A stretch of 64,000 bases of DNA, taken from NCBI GenBank assembly GCA_036490795.1, contig DASXDG010000405.1:9933-73932 (forward strand). Direction: 5' to 3'. Every line of letters begins with the position of its first letter. Within the stretch, counting starts at the first letter, position 1. Under the pieces are notes generated by a model. That model saw nothing but the letters and a program-made list of their open reading frames with translations. It did not search any database and was not told the DNA's origin. Below, one piece after another: positions 26,383 through 33,696 of the stretch. The DNA comes from Streptosporangiaceae bacterium. GTDB taxonomy: Bacteria > Actinomycetota > Actinomycetes > Streptosporangiales > Streptosporangiaceae. The position numbers and the translations under genes were made by a program.

Positions 26383-27558
26383 GTGGCGATGCCAGGATCG
26401 CCAATGACCGGGTACCAGGCGCCGGGGGTCTACCTGGAGGAGATGTTCCCGGCGCCGCGGCCGAGCCTGCCTACCGGTATTCCCGCCTTCCTCGGCTATG
26501 CCCGGCACGGGCGGGCCGTCGAGCCGAGACCGCTCACGCTGTGGCCCCAGTTCCAGGAAGAATTCGGCGCGGAAGTGGACGGCGGCTACCTGGCCCATGC
26601 GGTACGGGGCTTCTTCGAGAATGGCGGCCTGCAGTGCTATGTCGTCCGTCTTGATGACAGCGCCACCCCGCTGGCCGGCCTGCGGGCAGGCCTGGCCGCC
26701 CTGGAGGCGACGGACGCCGTCGACCTGCTCTGCGCACCGGACGTGATGATGTCCGGCGGGCCGGGCGGCCCGCCGGACATCGAGCTGGTCACCGCGCTGC
26801 AAGCGGAGATGCTCGCCAGCTGCCGGCGTACCGGCGGCCGGTTCGCGATCCTTGACGCGACGCTGACCGGTGATCAGGTACGCGCGGAGCGGCACCGCTC
26901 GGCGCTGAACAGCGAGAACGGCGCGATTTACTACCCCTGGCTCTGGGCCGCTGGGGCAACAGGTGCGGCGGTATACGTGCCGCCATGCGGGCACGTCGCG
27001 GGCATCTACGCTCGCTGCGACCGGGTAACCGGTGTGCACAAGGCACCCGCCAACGAGGTGATCAACGGGGTATTCGACCTGTGGGCGAACCTGACCGACG
27101 AGGCCATCGGCCGACTCTACGCCCAGGGAGTGAACTGCCTGCGCGCGGCGCCAGGCCGCGGTATCCGGGTCTGGGGTGCGCGCACCCTGAGCCAGCAGCG
27201 GGAATGGGAATCGGTCGCCGCGCGGCGCGTCTTCCTGACCATGGGCCGCTGGCTTGAGCGGTTCCTCTCGCAGGTGACCTACGAACCCAACGACGTCCGG
27301 CTGTGGGTCCGCATCATGCGCGAGCTGACCGCATACCTGGACGGACTGTTCCAGCGGGGCGCGCTTCGCGGCCGCACCGCGGAGGAGGCCTTCTTCGTCA
27401 AGTGCGACAGCGAGACCAACCCGCCCGACGTGACCGACGCGGGGATGGTAGTGACCAACGTGGGCCTGGCTCTGGCCGCGCCCGCTGAGTACGTCCGCGT
27501 CCGCATCCTCCACGGCGCCAGCGGCGTCAGCATCCAGCCCGCTTCAGCAACCATTTAA
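26383..27558 (+). CDS. Contractile tail sheath protein 2
   Basis: It has YQAPGVYLEE, YYPWL, HVAGIYARCDRVTGVHKAPAN and GINCLR-type motifs, making it a paralogue of the preceding gene. The start may be ATG 26404. Confidence 0.9.
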   Translation: MAMPGSPMTGYQAPGVYLEEMFPAPRPSLPTGIPAFLGYARHGRAVEPRPLTLWPQFQEEFGAEVDGGYLAHAVRGFFENGGLQCYVVRLDDSATPLAGLRAGLAALEATDAVDLLCAPDVMMSGGPGGPPDIELVTALQAEMLASCRRTGGRFAILDATLTGDQVRAERHRSALNSENGAIYYPWLWAAGATGAAVYVPPCGHVAGIYARCDRVTGVHKAPANEVINGVFDLWANLTDEAIGRLYAQGVNCLRAAPGRGIRVWGARTLSQQREWESVAARRVFLTMGRWLERFLSQVTYEPNDVRLWVRIMRELTAYLDGLFQRGALRGRTAEEAFFVKCDSETNPPDVTDAGMVVTNVGLALAAPAEYVRVRILHGASGVSIQPASATI

Positions 27559-27575
27559 AGAAGGGAGGTCCGATC

Positions 27576-28016
27576 ATGGCCGAGCGACTTGATCCCTATG
27601 GCGGGTACAACTTCTCCGTCGAACTGGACGGCATCACCCGGGCCGGCTTCCGTGAGTGTTCTGGCCTGGAGAACAGCCAGAACGCGGGAGAGTACCGGGA
27701 AGGCACGGACAAGAACCTGAGTGTCCGCAAGATCCCCGGGCTCGTCACCCATTCCGACATCACGCTCAGCCGGGGCGTCACGTCCGACAGCAAGCTCTGG
27801 GAGTGGCGGCAGAAGGTGATGACGGGCACCGTCGAGCGGCATGACATCTCGATCACGCTGATGGATGAGGCCGGCAACGCCAAGATCCGCTGGAACCTCT
27901 TCGACTGCTGGCCGCGGCAGTGGACCGGCCCGAGCCTTAACGCGACAGCCGACGACCTGGCCATCGAACAGCTCATCCTCGCCTGTGAGCGGGTCGAGGT
28001 CGACCGGTGGAGTTGA
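27576..28016 (+). CDS. Tail tube protein (Afp1 / T4 gp19-like)
   Basis: The 146-aa product has YNFSVELDGITRAGFRECSGLE and ITLSRGVT, the tube-family pattern. A GGGAGG ribosome-binding site is present. Confidence 0.9.
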   Translation: MAERLDPYGGYNFSVELDGITRAGFRECSGLENSQNAGEYREGTDKNLSVRKIPGLVTHSDITLSRGVTSDSKLWEWRQKVMTGTVERHDISITLMDEAGNAKIRWNLFDCWPRQWTGPSLNATADDLAIEQLILACERVEVDRWS

Positions 28017-28393
28017 CCGTCGCGCCGGCCGTCATGCAGACCGAGTTCCCGTTCACGCTGCCGCTTGGGCTGCCCGATCCCGACGGCGTCGTGCACCGGG
28101 ACGGTGTCATGCGGCTGGCCACGGCGTTCGACGAGATCGAGCCGCTCAAGGACCCGAGGGTGCGCGTCAACCCTGGCTACCTGGTGATCATCTTGCTGAC
28201 CCGCGTGATCACCCGGCTCGGTTCCATCGACCACATAAATACCAGAACAATCGAGAGCTTGTACGCCGGAGACCTGGCCTACCTCCAAGATCTCTACCAG
28301 CGCGTCAACCAGAACGGCCACAGCCGGCTGCAGGTGGCCTGCCCGCACTGTGACGGCGAGTTCGACGTGGAGGTGGCAAGCCTGGGGGAATAG
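28007..28393 (+). CDS. Conserved eCIS hypothetical protein (tail-assembly-chaperone-like position)
   Basis: This 128-aa ORF overlaps the tube gene stop and has a single CPHC pair near its C-terminus. I assign no family. It sits between the tube gene and the ruler candidate, like phage gpG. Confidence 0.55.
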   Translation: MELTVAPAVMQTEFPFTLPLGLPDPDGVVHRDGVMRLATAFDEIEPLKDPRVRVNPGYLVIILLTRVITRLGSIDHINTRTIESLYAGDLAYLQDLYQRVNQNGHSRLQVACPHCDGEFDVEVASLGE

Positions 28394-28578
28394 CGCGCTA
28401 CCCCCTTGACCGGCTGCACGAGGAGGTAGCGTACCTGGCTTTCCATTTCCACTGGTCCTATCAGGAGGTCATGCGGCTCGACCACCGGGAACGCCAGCGG
28501 TGGGTGGCAGAGGCAGCGCAGATGATCGAGCGCCAGTACGGCGAGCGACGAAATGAAACGGGAGGTATGCGGCGATGA
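28390..28578 (+). CDS. Small DUF6760-like ORF with no canonical start codon (not in the ORF track)
   Basis: The frame is open over 28354-28578 and encodes ...ARYPLDRLHEEVAYLAFHFHWSYQEVMRLDHRERQRWVAEAAQMIERQYGERRNETGGMRR. Third-position G/C bias is strong. Its TGA (28576-28578) overlaps the next gene's ATG 28575. The only in-frame ATG or GTG lies after the conserved HFHW block. Confidence 0.55.
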   Translation: MARYPLDRLHEEVAYLAFHFHWSYQEVMRLDHRERQRWVAEAAQMIERQYGERRNETGGMRR

Positions 28579-29126
28579 CGCCTACGGGTGTGCCGCTGGG
28601 ACTGAACTGGCTGCCCTCGGTAGCGGGCAGCTGGGTTCCCGGCGCGCGGCCGCTGCAGCCGTACCAGACCTACAACTTCGCGGTAGAAATCGAGGGGCTG
28701 CTGGTCGGCGGGTTCACCGAGGTAACGGGCCTGGACAGCGAGGTCGAGGTCGAGGAGTACCGCGAGGGCGGCGTCAACGGCTTCGTCCACCAGCTCCCTG
28801 GCCGCGCCAGCTACTCCAACCTCGTGCTCAGTCATGGCCTGACGGCCATGAGCACGCTGTGGAACTGGTATTACAACACGACACTCGGCGTGATCCAGCG
28901 CAGGAACGGCACGATCATGCTGCTCGACCCGCGGCAGATCCCGGTGATGTGGTGGAACTTCCGCAACGCTGTGCCCGTGCGCTGGACCGGCCCCACCTTC
29001 AGCGCCACGAGCGACGAGGTGGGTGCCGAGTCACTGGAACTCGCGCACGAAGGCCTGACTAAGCCTTTGCTCGGCCAGGCGGCCGCGCTGACGGGCGAGA
29101 TCGCGCGGACGGCCGGGCTGCGATGA
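28575..29126 (+). CDS. Second tail tube-family protein (Afp5-like)
   Basis: It has YQTYNFAVEIEGLLVGGFTEVTGLDSEVEV and LVLSHGLT, making it a paralogue of the 27576 gene. Confidence 0.85.
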   Translation: MTPTGVPLGLNWLPSVAGSWVPGARPLQPYQTYNFAVEIEGLLVGGFTEVTGLDSEVEVEEYREGGVNGFVHQLPGRASYSNLVLSHGLTAMSTLWNWYYNTTLGVIQRRNGTIMLLDPRQIPVMWWNFRNAVPVRWTGPTFSATSDEVGAESLELAHEGLTKPLLGQAAALTGEIARTAGLR

Positions 29127-30349
29127 CATCGCCGCCACCTCCGTCGCAAACTCGTCCGACGCTGCCGGCCCGGCTCTGGCAGCGAGCCGAGCGGCCAGGC
29201 TGCGTCCGGCACGGTCAGGCGCGGGCCATCTTGGCCAGGCATCAGCGGATGACGGACGGCCCGCCCCTGGCCGGGCCGCTGCTAGCCCGCGCTCGCGGCA
29301 TCGCGGAGACGCCGCAGAGCCCGCCGGTCGTCGCCGACGCGCGACCAGTGAGCCACCAGCCCGGCGCCGTACCCGGCCTGGCGGCGGAAGCCGCGCACGC
29401 AGGCTCGCGGCCGACGGTCACCGCCAGGCTGGCCCGGCCGCACGACCCGGCACCGGGCGTGCCGTACCGTCCGGTCCGGGAAACTCCGCCGGACAGCGGT
29501 GCATCCAGAACGGCCGTCGCCGTCCCCGCGGGGACGGCCGCCACGCAACGGCCACTCCCCCGCGATGCCGCGACGCGGCCGGTTACCAGGCCGCCTTCCC
29601 AGGTCTCCCAAGACTCCCCGGTACAACAAGTGCACCAGGTGCACCGATTTTCCCGGGCCGGCGGTACCGGACGACCCGCCCTGCCAGCCATGCCAGCCGC
29701 AGGCACCGCCGAGCCGGCTCCCGGGTCCGCCGAGCCGGCTAGATCGCACCCCACGGCAGCCGGTTCGGATGGCGACCCGGCCGGACGGCCGGTGGTCCGG
29801 GTGGGAAGCGGCGGGCGTCCGCTGGTCTGGGCCGCACCGCTCGCCCGGCCGGCCGTCGCGCCACGACCCGGGACCGGACAACCAGCCGGGCAGACAGGCG
29901 GACAGGCCGCCGAGCAGACGGGCGAGCATGCCACCGGACAGACAGGCGGGCATGCCACCGGACAGACAGGCGGGCATGCCACCGGACAGACAGGCGGGCA
30001 TGCCACCGAGCCGGCCCGCGCGCCGGTGCCGGTGGTGCGGGAGCGGACGCCACCTGGCGGGATATGGGCGGCCGGCCCGTCGCTGTCCCAGCGGCCCGCG
30101 CGGCTTCCCAGCGCCCCGCCGCCCGCTCCCCCGGCGGCGAGGCCGGCCAGCCGGCCCAGTGATCCGCCTGAACCGCGGCGGGTTACGCGTGAGCACCGCG
30201 CGGAACGGGAGACAGAACGGAACGAGAGGACCGGCCCTGAGCGTGCCGCGGCGGCCGCGGTCGACATGGACCACATCGTGATCACCGTGCAGCGCCGGCT
30301 CATGCATCAGTTCGCCATCGACCGGGAGCGAAGAGGGATGACGCGATGA
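29123..30349 (+). CDS. Pro/Ala/Gly-rich low-complexity protein; candidate tail-length ruler (Afp14 analogue)
   Basis: ATGA overlaps at both ends (29123 and 30346) fix the strand and frame. The sequence is largely low-complexity, with a more ordinary C-terminal tail (VDMDHIVITVQRRLMHQFAIDRERRG). The function is inferred from position only. Confidence 0.45.
   Translation: MTSPPPPSQTRPTLPARLWQRAERPGCVRHGQARAILARHQRMTDGPPLAGPLLARARGIAETPQSPPVVADARPVSHQPGAVPGLAAEAAHAGSRPTVTARLARPHDPAPGVPYRPVRETPPDSGASRTAVAVPAGTAATQRPLPRDAATRPVTRPPSQVSQDSPVQQVHQVHRFSRAGGTGRPALPAMPAAGTAEPAPGSAEPARSHPTAAGSDGDPAGRPVVRVGSGGRPLVWAAPLARPAVAPRPGTGQPAGQTGGQAAEQTGEHATGQTGGHATGQTGGHATGQTGGHATEPARAPVPVVRERTPPGGIWAAGPSLSQRPARLPSAPPPAPPAARPASRPSDPPEPRRVTREHRAERETERNERTGPERAAAAAVDMDHIVITVQRRLMHQFAIDRERRGMTR
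29936..30007 (+). repeat. Perfect 24-nt tandem repeat x3 (GGACAGACAGGCGGGCATGCCACC)
   Basis: Copies lie at 29936, 29960 and 29984, preceded by degenerate copies. They encode (GQTGGHAT)n inside the ruler candidate. Confidence 0.9.
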
Positions 30350-31140
30350 GCGACAACAGCGGCACGGCGGTACCGGAACCGCCCGGCATGGGCAGCAGAG
30401 GGGGCGGCCTGCAGAGGCTCACCATCTACCACGAGCGCGGCGGCGGCCGGCGCAAAGGGAGGATCGAGACGCTGTTCAATCCCAGCGAGATCAGCAAGAC
30501 CAAGACCGCGCGCTGGGAACAGCAGCACGCGGTCGGGCAGAGCGGCCGCGGCACGTCGACGGTGCGGCAGGAATTCCGCTCCGTCGAAGCGGAGACGTTC
30601 GCCATCGAGTTGTTCTTCGATACCTACGAATCACGATCGGGCGAATCGCGGTCGGGCGGGATCACCGCGGCGCGCGCCGCCACCTCGTTCCTGCCGGCCA
30701 GCGTGCTCCCCGGCCGCGAAGCGAGCGACGTGCGGCGGTACACCGGCCAGATCGCCCGGCTGGTCGAGCTGGACATCGAACTGCACCGCCCACCGGTCTG
30801 CGACCTGCGTTGGGGTGTCTTCGACATATTCACCGGCGTACTCACCACGCTGAACGAGCGGTTCACCCTCTTCCTGGACGACGGTACTCCGGTCCGCGCG
30901 ACGCTGACCTGCGAGTTCACCGAATTCAGCACGCTGGCGCGGGCCAGGGCCAGCGAACCGCACTCCTCCGATGTCCTCAAGAAACGACAGGTGCGGCGCT
31001 ACGACACGCTGCAGAGCCTGGCCGCGGATGAATATGGCGATCCGGCCGCGTGGCGGCCGATCGCGGCCGCCAACGGCATCGTTAACCCGCGCGCACTGCG
31101 GCCGGGCACGATCTTGACCATTCCCAAGCTCCAGCCCTGA
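30346..31140 (+). CDS. LysM-domain tube-initiator/baseplate hub protein (Afp7-like)
   Basis: The N-terminal tube-like part (LQRLTIYHERGG...LFNPSEISKTKTARWE) is followed by a C-terminal LysM domain (YDTLQSLAADEYGDPAAWRPIAAANGIVNPRALRPGTILTIP). Confidence 0.8.
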   Translation: MSDNSGTAVPEPPGMGSRGGGLQRLTIYHERGGGRRKGRIETLFNPSEISKTKTARWEQQHAVGQSGRGTSTVRQEFRSVEAETFAIELFFDTYESRSGESRSGGITAARAATSFLPASVLPGREASDVRRYTGQIARLVELDIELHRPPVCDLRWGVFDIFTGVLTTLNERFTLFLDDGTPVRATLTCEFTEFSTLARARASEPHSSDVLKKRQVRRYDTLQSLAADEYGDPAAWRPIAAANGIVNPRALRPGTILTIPKLQP

Positions 31141-31195
31141 GGTCGCGCCGTGTACACCTGTGATCCAGCCAGCCGCCCCGGAGGCAGGAGCCGCC

Positions 31196-32239
31196 ATGCC
31201 GCGTGGTGACCTGCCCGACGTCAGCGTGCGCGTGAACAACTCGGCGTTGCCCGCGGCGGCCCAGGCGGACCTGCGCTCGGTCACTGTCGAGGAGGACCTG
31301 TCGGCGCTGAGCATGTTCACTCTGGAACTGAGCAACTGGGACGACGTGCGGCTGGAGTTCTCCTGGTCGGACTCGCCGCTGTTCTCCGTCGGCAACGAAG
31401 TGGAGATCTGGCTCGGTCACACCGGTGACCTCGCCAAGGTGATGCTGGCCGAGATCACCAGCCTGGAGCCCGTATTCGGTACCGGCCAGGCGCCGCTGCT
31501 GATGGTCCGCGGCTACGATCATCGCCACCGGCTGGCGCGGGGCCGCAAGACCCGCACGTTCGTCCAGATGAAAGACAGCGCGATCGCGAGCCAGATCGCC
31601 CGCGAGGCCGGGTTGCGGGCCCAGGTCGAGGACACGAAGGTCACGCTGGGCTATGTCATCCAGAGCAACCAGTCGGACTGGGAGTTCCTGCGGCGCCGGG
31701 CCGGCCTGATCGGATATGAGATCTACGTCCGGGAGAAGGTTCTGTACTTCCGCTGGCCGCGGAACTCGACCCCGCCCGTGGACAAGCTGTCCCTCGGCGC
31801 GGACATCACCGGGTTCAACCCGCGGCTGAGCACGCTAACCCAGGTCAGCGACATGACCGTCCGCGGCTGGAACGTCAAGGAGAAGAAGGCCGTCGCCGCC
31901 ACGGCCCGCGCGGCGCCAAGCGGCGGCCAAGGGTCCGGCACGGTGGTCGCCCGCCGTGCGTTCGGCCCCGCGAGCGAGAGCATCCTTGGCCAGCCGGTAC
32001 GGAGCCTGCCCGAGGCCGACCCCATTGCTCAAGGCCAGTTCAACGACATGGCGCTGGCTTACGTGCAGGGTGAGGTCGTCGCCGGCGGGCGGCCGCGGCT
32101 GCGAGCTGGCACCGTGGTGGACATCTCCGGGGCCGGCCGGACGTTCAGCGGTCCCTATTACGTCACCTCGGTCACCCACACGGTGACCACGGAACACGGC
32201 TACCAGACCTCCTTCACCGTGCAAAGGAACCTCACCTGA
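31196..32239 (+). CDS. Phage late control gene D-like baseplate hub protein (VgrG N-terminal module, Afp8-like)
   Basis: The gpD family pattern is present (LSNWDD...FSVGNEVEIWLG...MVRGYDHRHRL...YYVTSVTHTV). I prefer ATG 31196, which follows a GGAG ribosome-binding site, over the tracked GTG 31160. Confidence 0.8.
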   Translation: MPRGDLPDVSVRVNNSALPAAAQADLRSVTVEEDLSALSMFTLELSNWDDVRLEFSWSDSPLFSVGNEVEIWLGHTGDLAKVMLAEITSLEPVFGTGQAPLLMVRGYDHRHRLARGRKTRTFVQMKDSAIASQIAREAGLRAQVEDTKVTLGYVIQSNQSDWEFLRRRAGLIGYEIYVREKVLYFRWPRNSTPPVDKLSLGADITGFNPRLSTLTQVSDMTVRGWNVKEKKAVAATARAAPSGGQGSGTVVARRAFGPASESILGQPVRSLPEADPIAQGQFNDMALAYVQGEVVAGGRPRLRAGTVVDISGAGRTFSGPYYVTSVTHTVTTEHGYQTSFTVQRNLT

Positions 32240-32889
32240 TGGACGCGTATTCTTCGTCGCTCTCCTCATCACTGGCTCCGCCCGGCGTCGACGAGCGCTT
32301 TTTCGGTGTGGTCATCGGCGTGGTGACAAACAACAAGGATCCCGACGGCCTCGGACGGGTCAAGACGAGCCTGCCATGGATGGCCGATCAGGTCGAAAGC
32401 GACTGGGCCAGGGTAGTCACCCCGATGGCGGGGCCGAATCGCGGCGCCTACTTCCTGCCCGACGTCGACGACGAGGTGCTGGTGGCCTTCGAACACGGCG
32501 ACCCAAGCGCGCCTTATGTGCTCGGCGGGCTATGGAACGGCAAGGACAAGCCACCGGCGTCCAACAGCAACGGCAAGAACGACGTGCGCGTGATCAGGTC
32601 ACGCAGCGGCAGCATGGTCCGTTTCACCGATACAGAAAACGACGCGAAAGTCGAGATCACCGACAGCAGCGGCCGGAACACGATCGTGATCAGGACCAAG
32701 GACAACAGCATCACGATTACCGGCGCCGGCGACGTGACCGTCAGCGCGGGCAACGGGAAGCTGACCCTCACCGGCAAGAGCGTGGAGATCAGCGCCGCGT
32801 CCACCGTGAAGGTCGAGGCGCGGCAGAGCATGGGGCTTGAGTCGACAGGCACGCTGACCGTCAAGGGTCGCGTAGTGAACATCAACTAG
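32239..32889 (+). CDS. gpV/gp5-like spike protein (OB fold + beta-helix)
   Basis: It has FFGVVIGVVTNNKDPDGLGRVK...WARVVTPMAG..RGAYFLPDVDDEVLVAFEHGDPSAPYVLGGLWN followed by a repetitive beta-helical tail. Confidence 0.85.
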   Translation: MDAYSSSLSSSLAPPGVDERFFGVVIGVVTNNKDPDGLGRVKTSLPWMADQVESDWARVVTPMAGPNRGAYFLPDVDDEVLVAFEHGDPSAPYVLGGLWNGKDKPPASNSNGKNDVRVIRSRSGSMVRFTDTENDAKVEITDSSGRNTIVIRTKDNSITITGAGDVTVSAGNGKLTLTGKSVEISAASTVKVEARQSMGLESTGTLTVKGRVVNIN

Positions 32890-32899
32890 GAGCTCTGCG

Positions 32900-33298
32900 A
32901 TGGGACAGCCGGCAGCCAAGCAAGGCGATCAGGTAGTCGCCACCGACATACACGTGGTCATGGTGCCCAGCCCGTCCGGGCCCACCCCCACGCCGTCGCC
33001 GCACCCCTTTACGGGAGTGCTCAACGGCGGCCTCAGCGCGAACGTCATGATCGGCGGCCGGCCTGCCGCGACGGTGGGGAGCACCGCGGTCAACACCCCG
33101 CCGCACCTGCCGGCCCCGCCGGGCACCAGCTTTCAGCGACCACCGTCCAACAGGGCCACCGTCCAGCAGGGAAGCCCGACGGTGAGAATCAACGGCAAGC
33201 CCGCCGCCCGGGCCGGCGACAAGGCCTTGACCTGCAACGATCCTGTCGACCTGGCGGCGGGCACGGTGGTGGCCGCCGGCGCCGTGCTGATTGGCTGA
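32900..33298 (+). CDS. PAAR-like spike tip protein
   Basis: The 132-aa product has GDQVVATDIH...MIGGRPAA...VRINGKPAARAGDK..C, and the gene lies directly after the spike gene. Confidence 0.75.
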   Translation: MGQPAAKQGDQVVATDIHVVMVPSPSGPTPTPSPHPFTGVLNGGLSANVMIGGRPAATVGSTAVNTPPHLPAPPGTSFQRPPSNRATVQQGSPTVRINGKPAARAGDKALTCNDPVDLAAGTVVAAGAVLIG

Positions 33299-33301
33299 CC
33301 G

Positions 33302-33694
33302 GTGGCGGACACAGATTTCCTTGGCCTGGGCTGGGATTTTCCCATCCGCCTCAGCGAAGGGGGGCAGATCGAGACCACTCGCGATGGCGACGAGAGCGTC
33401 CGTCAGTCGATCTGGACGATCCTGGCTACCTCACCAGGTGAACGGGTGATGCGGCCCGGCTTCGGCTGCGGCGTCCACGACCTGGTCTTCGGCGTCAACA
33501 ACGCCGCCACCGCCACCGCGGTGTCCGGTGCCGTCCGCGAGGCCCTCGCCACCTGGGAGCCGCGCATCGACGTCCTCGACGTCAGCGCCGCCGCCGATCC
33601 GTCCCGCGCCAACGTGCTCCTCGTCGAGATCAGCTACCAGGTGCGCTCGACCAACAGCCGGTTCAACCTCGTCTACCCGTTCTACTTGGAGTAG
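33302..33694 (+). CDS. GPW/gp25-family baseplate wedge protein
   Basis: It has FLGLGWDFP...ESVRQSIWTILATSPGERVMRPGFGCGVHDLVF, the gp25 signature. Confidence 0.9.
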   Translation: MADTDFLGLGWDFPIRLSEGGQIETTRDGDESVRQSIWTILATSPGERVMRPGFGCGVHDLVFGVNNAATATAVSGAVREALATWEPRIDVLDVSAAADPSRANVLLVEISYQVRSTNSRFNLVYPFYLE

Positions 33695-33696
33695 CC

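Noticed and set aside
29242-30303. Minus-strand ORFs (353 and 341 aa) opposite the Pro-rich gene, as alternative coding assignments.
   Set aside because: All frames are open in this extreme-GC, low-complexity stretch. The plus frame is chosen because it is translationally coupled to both neighbours (ATGA at 29123 and 30346) and fits the operon.
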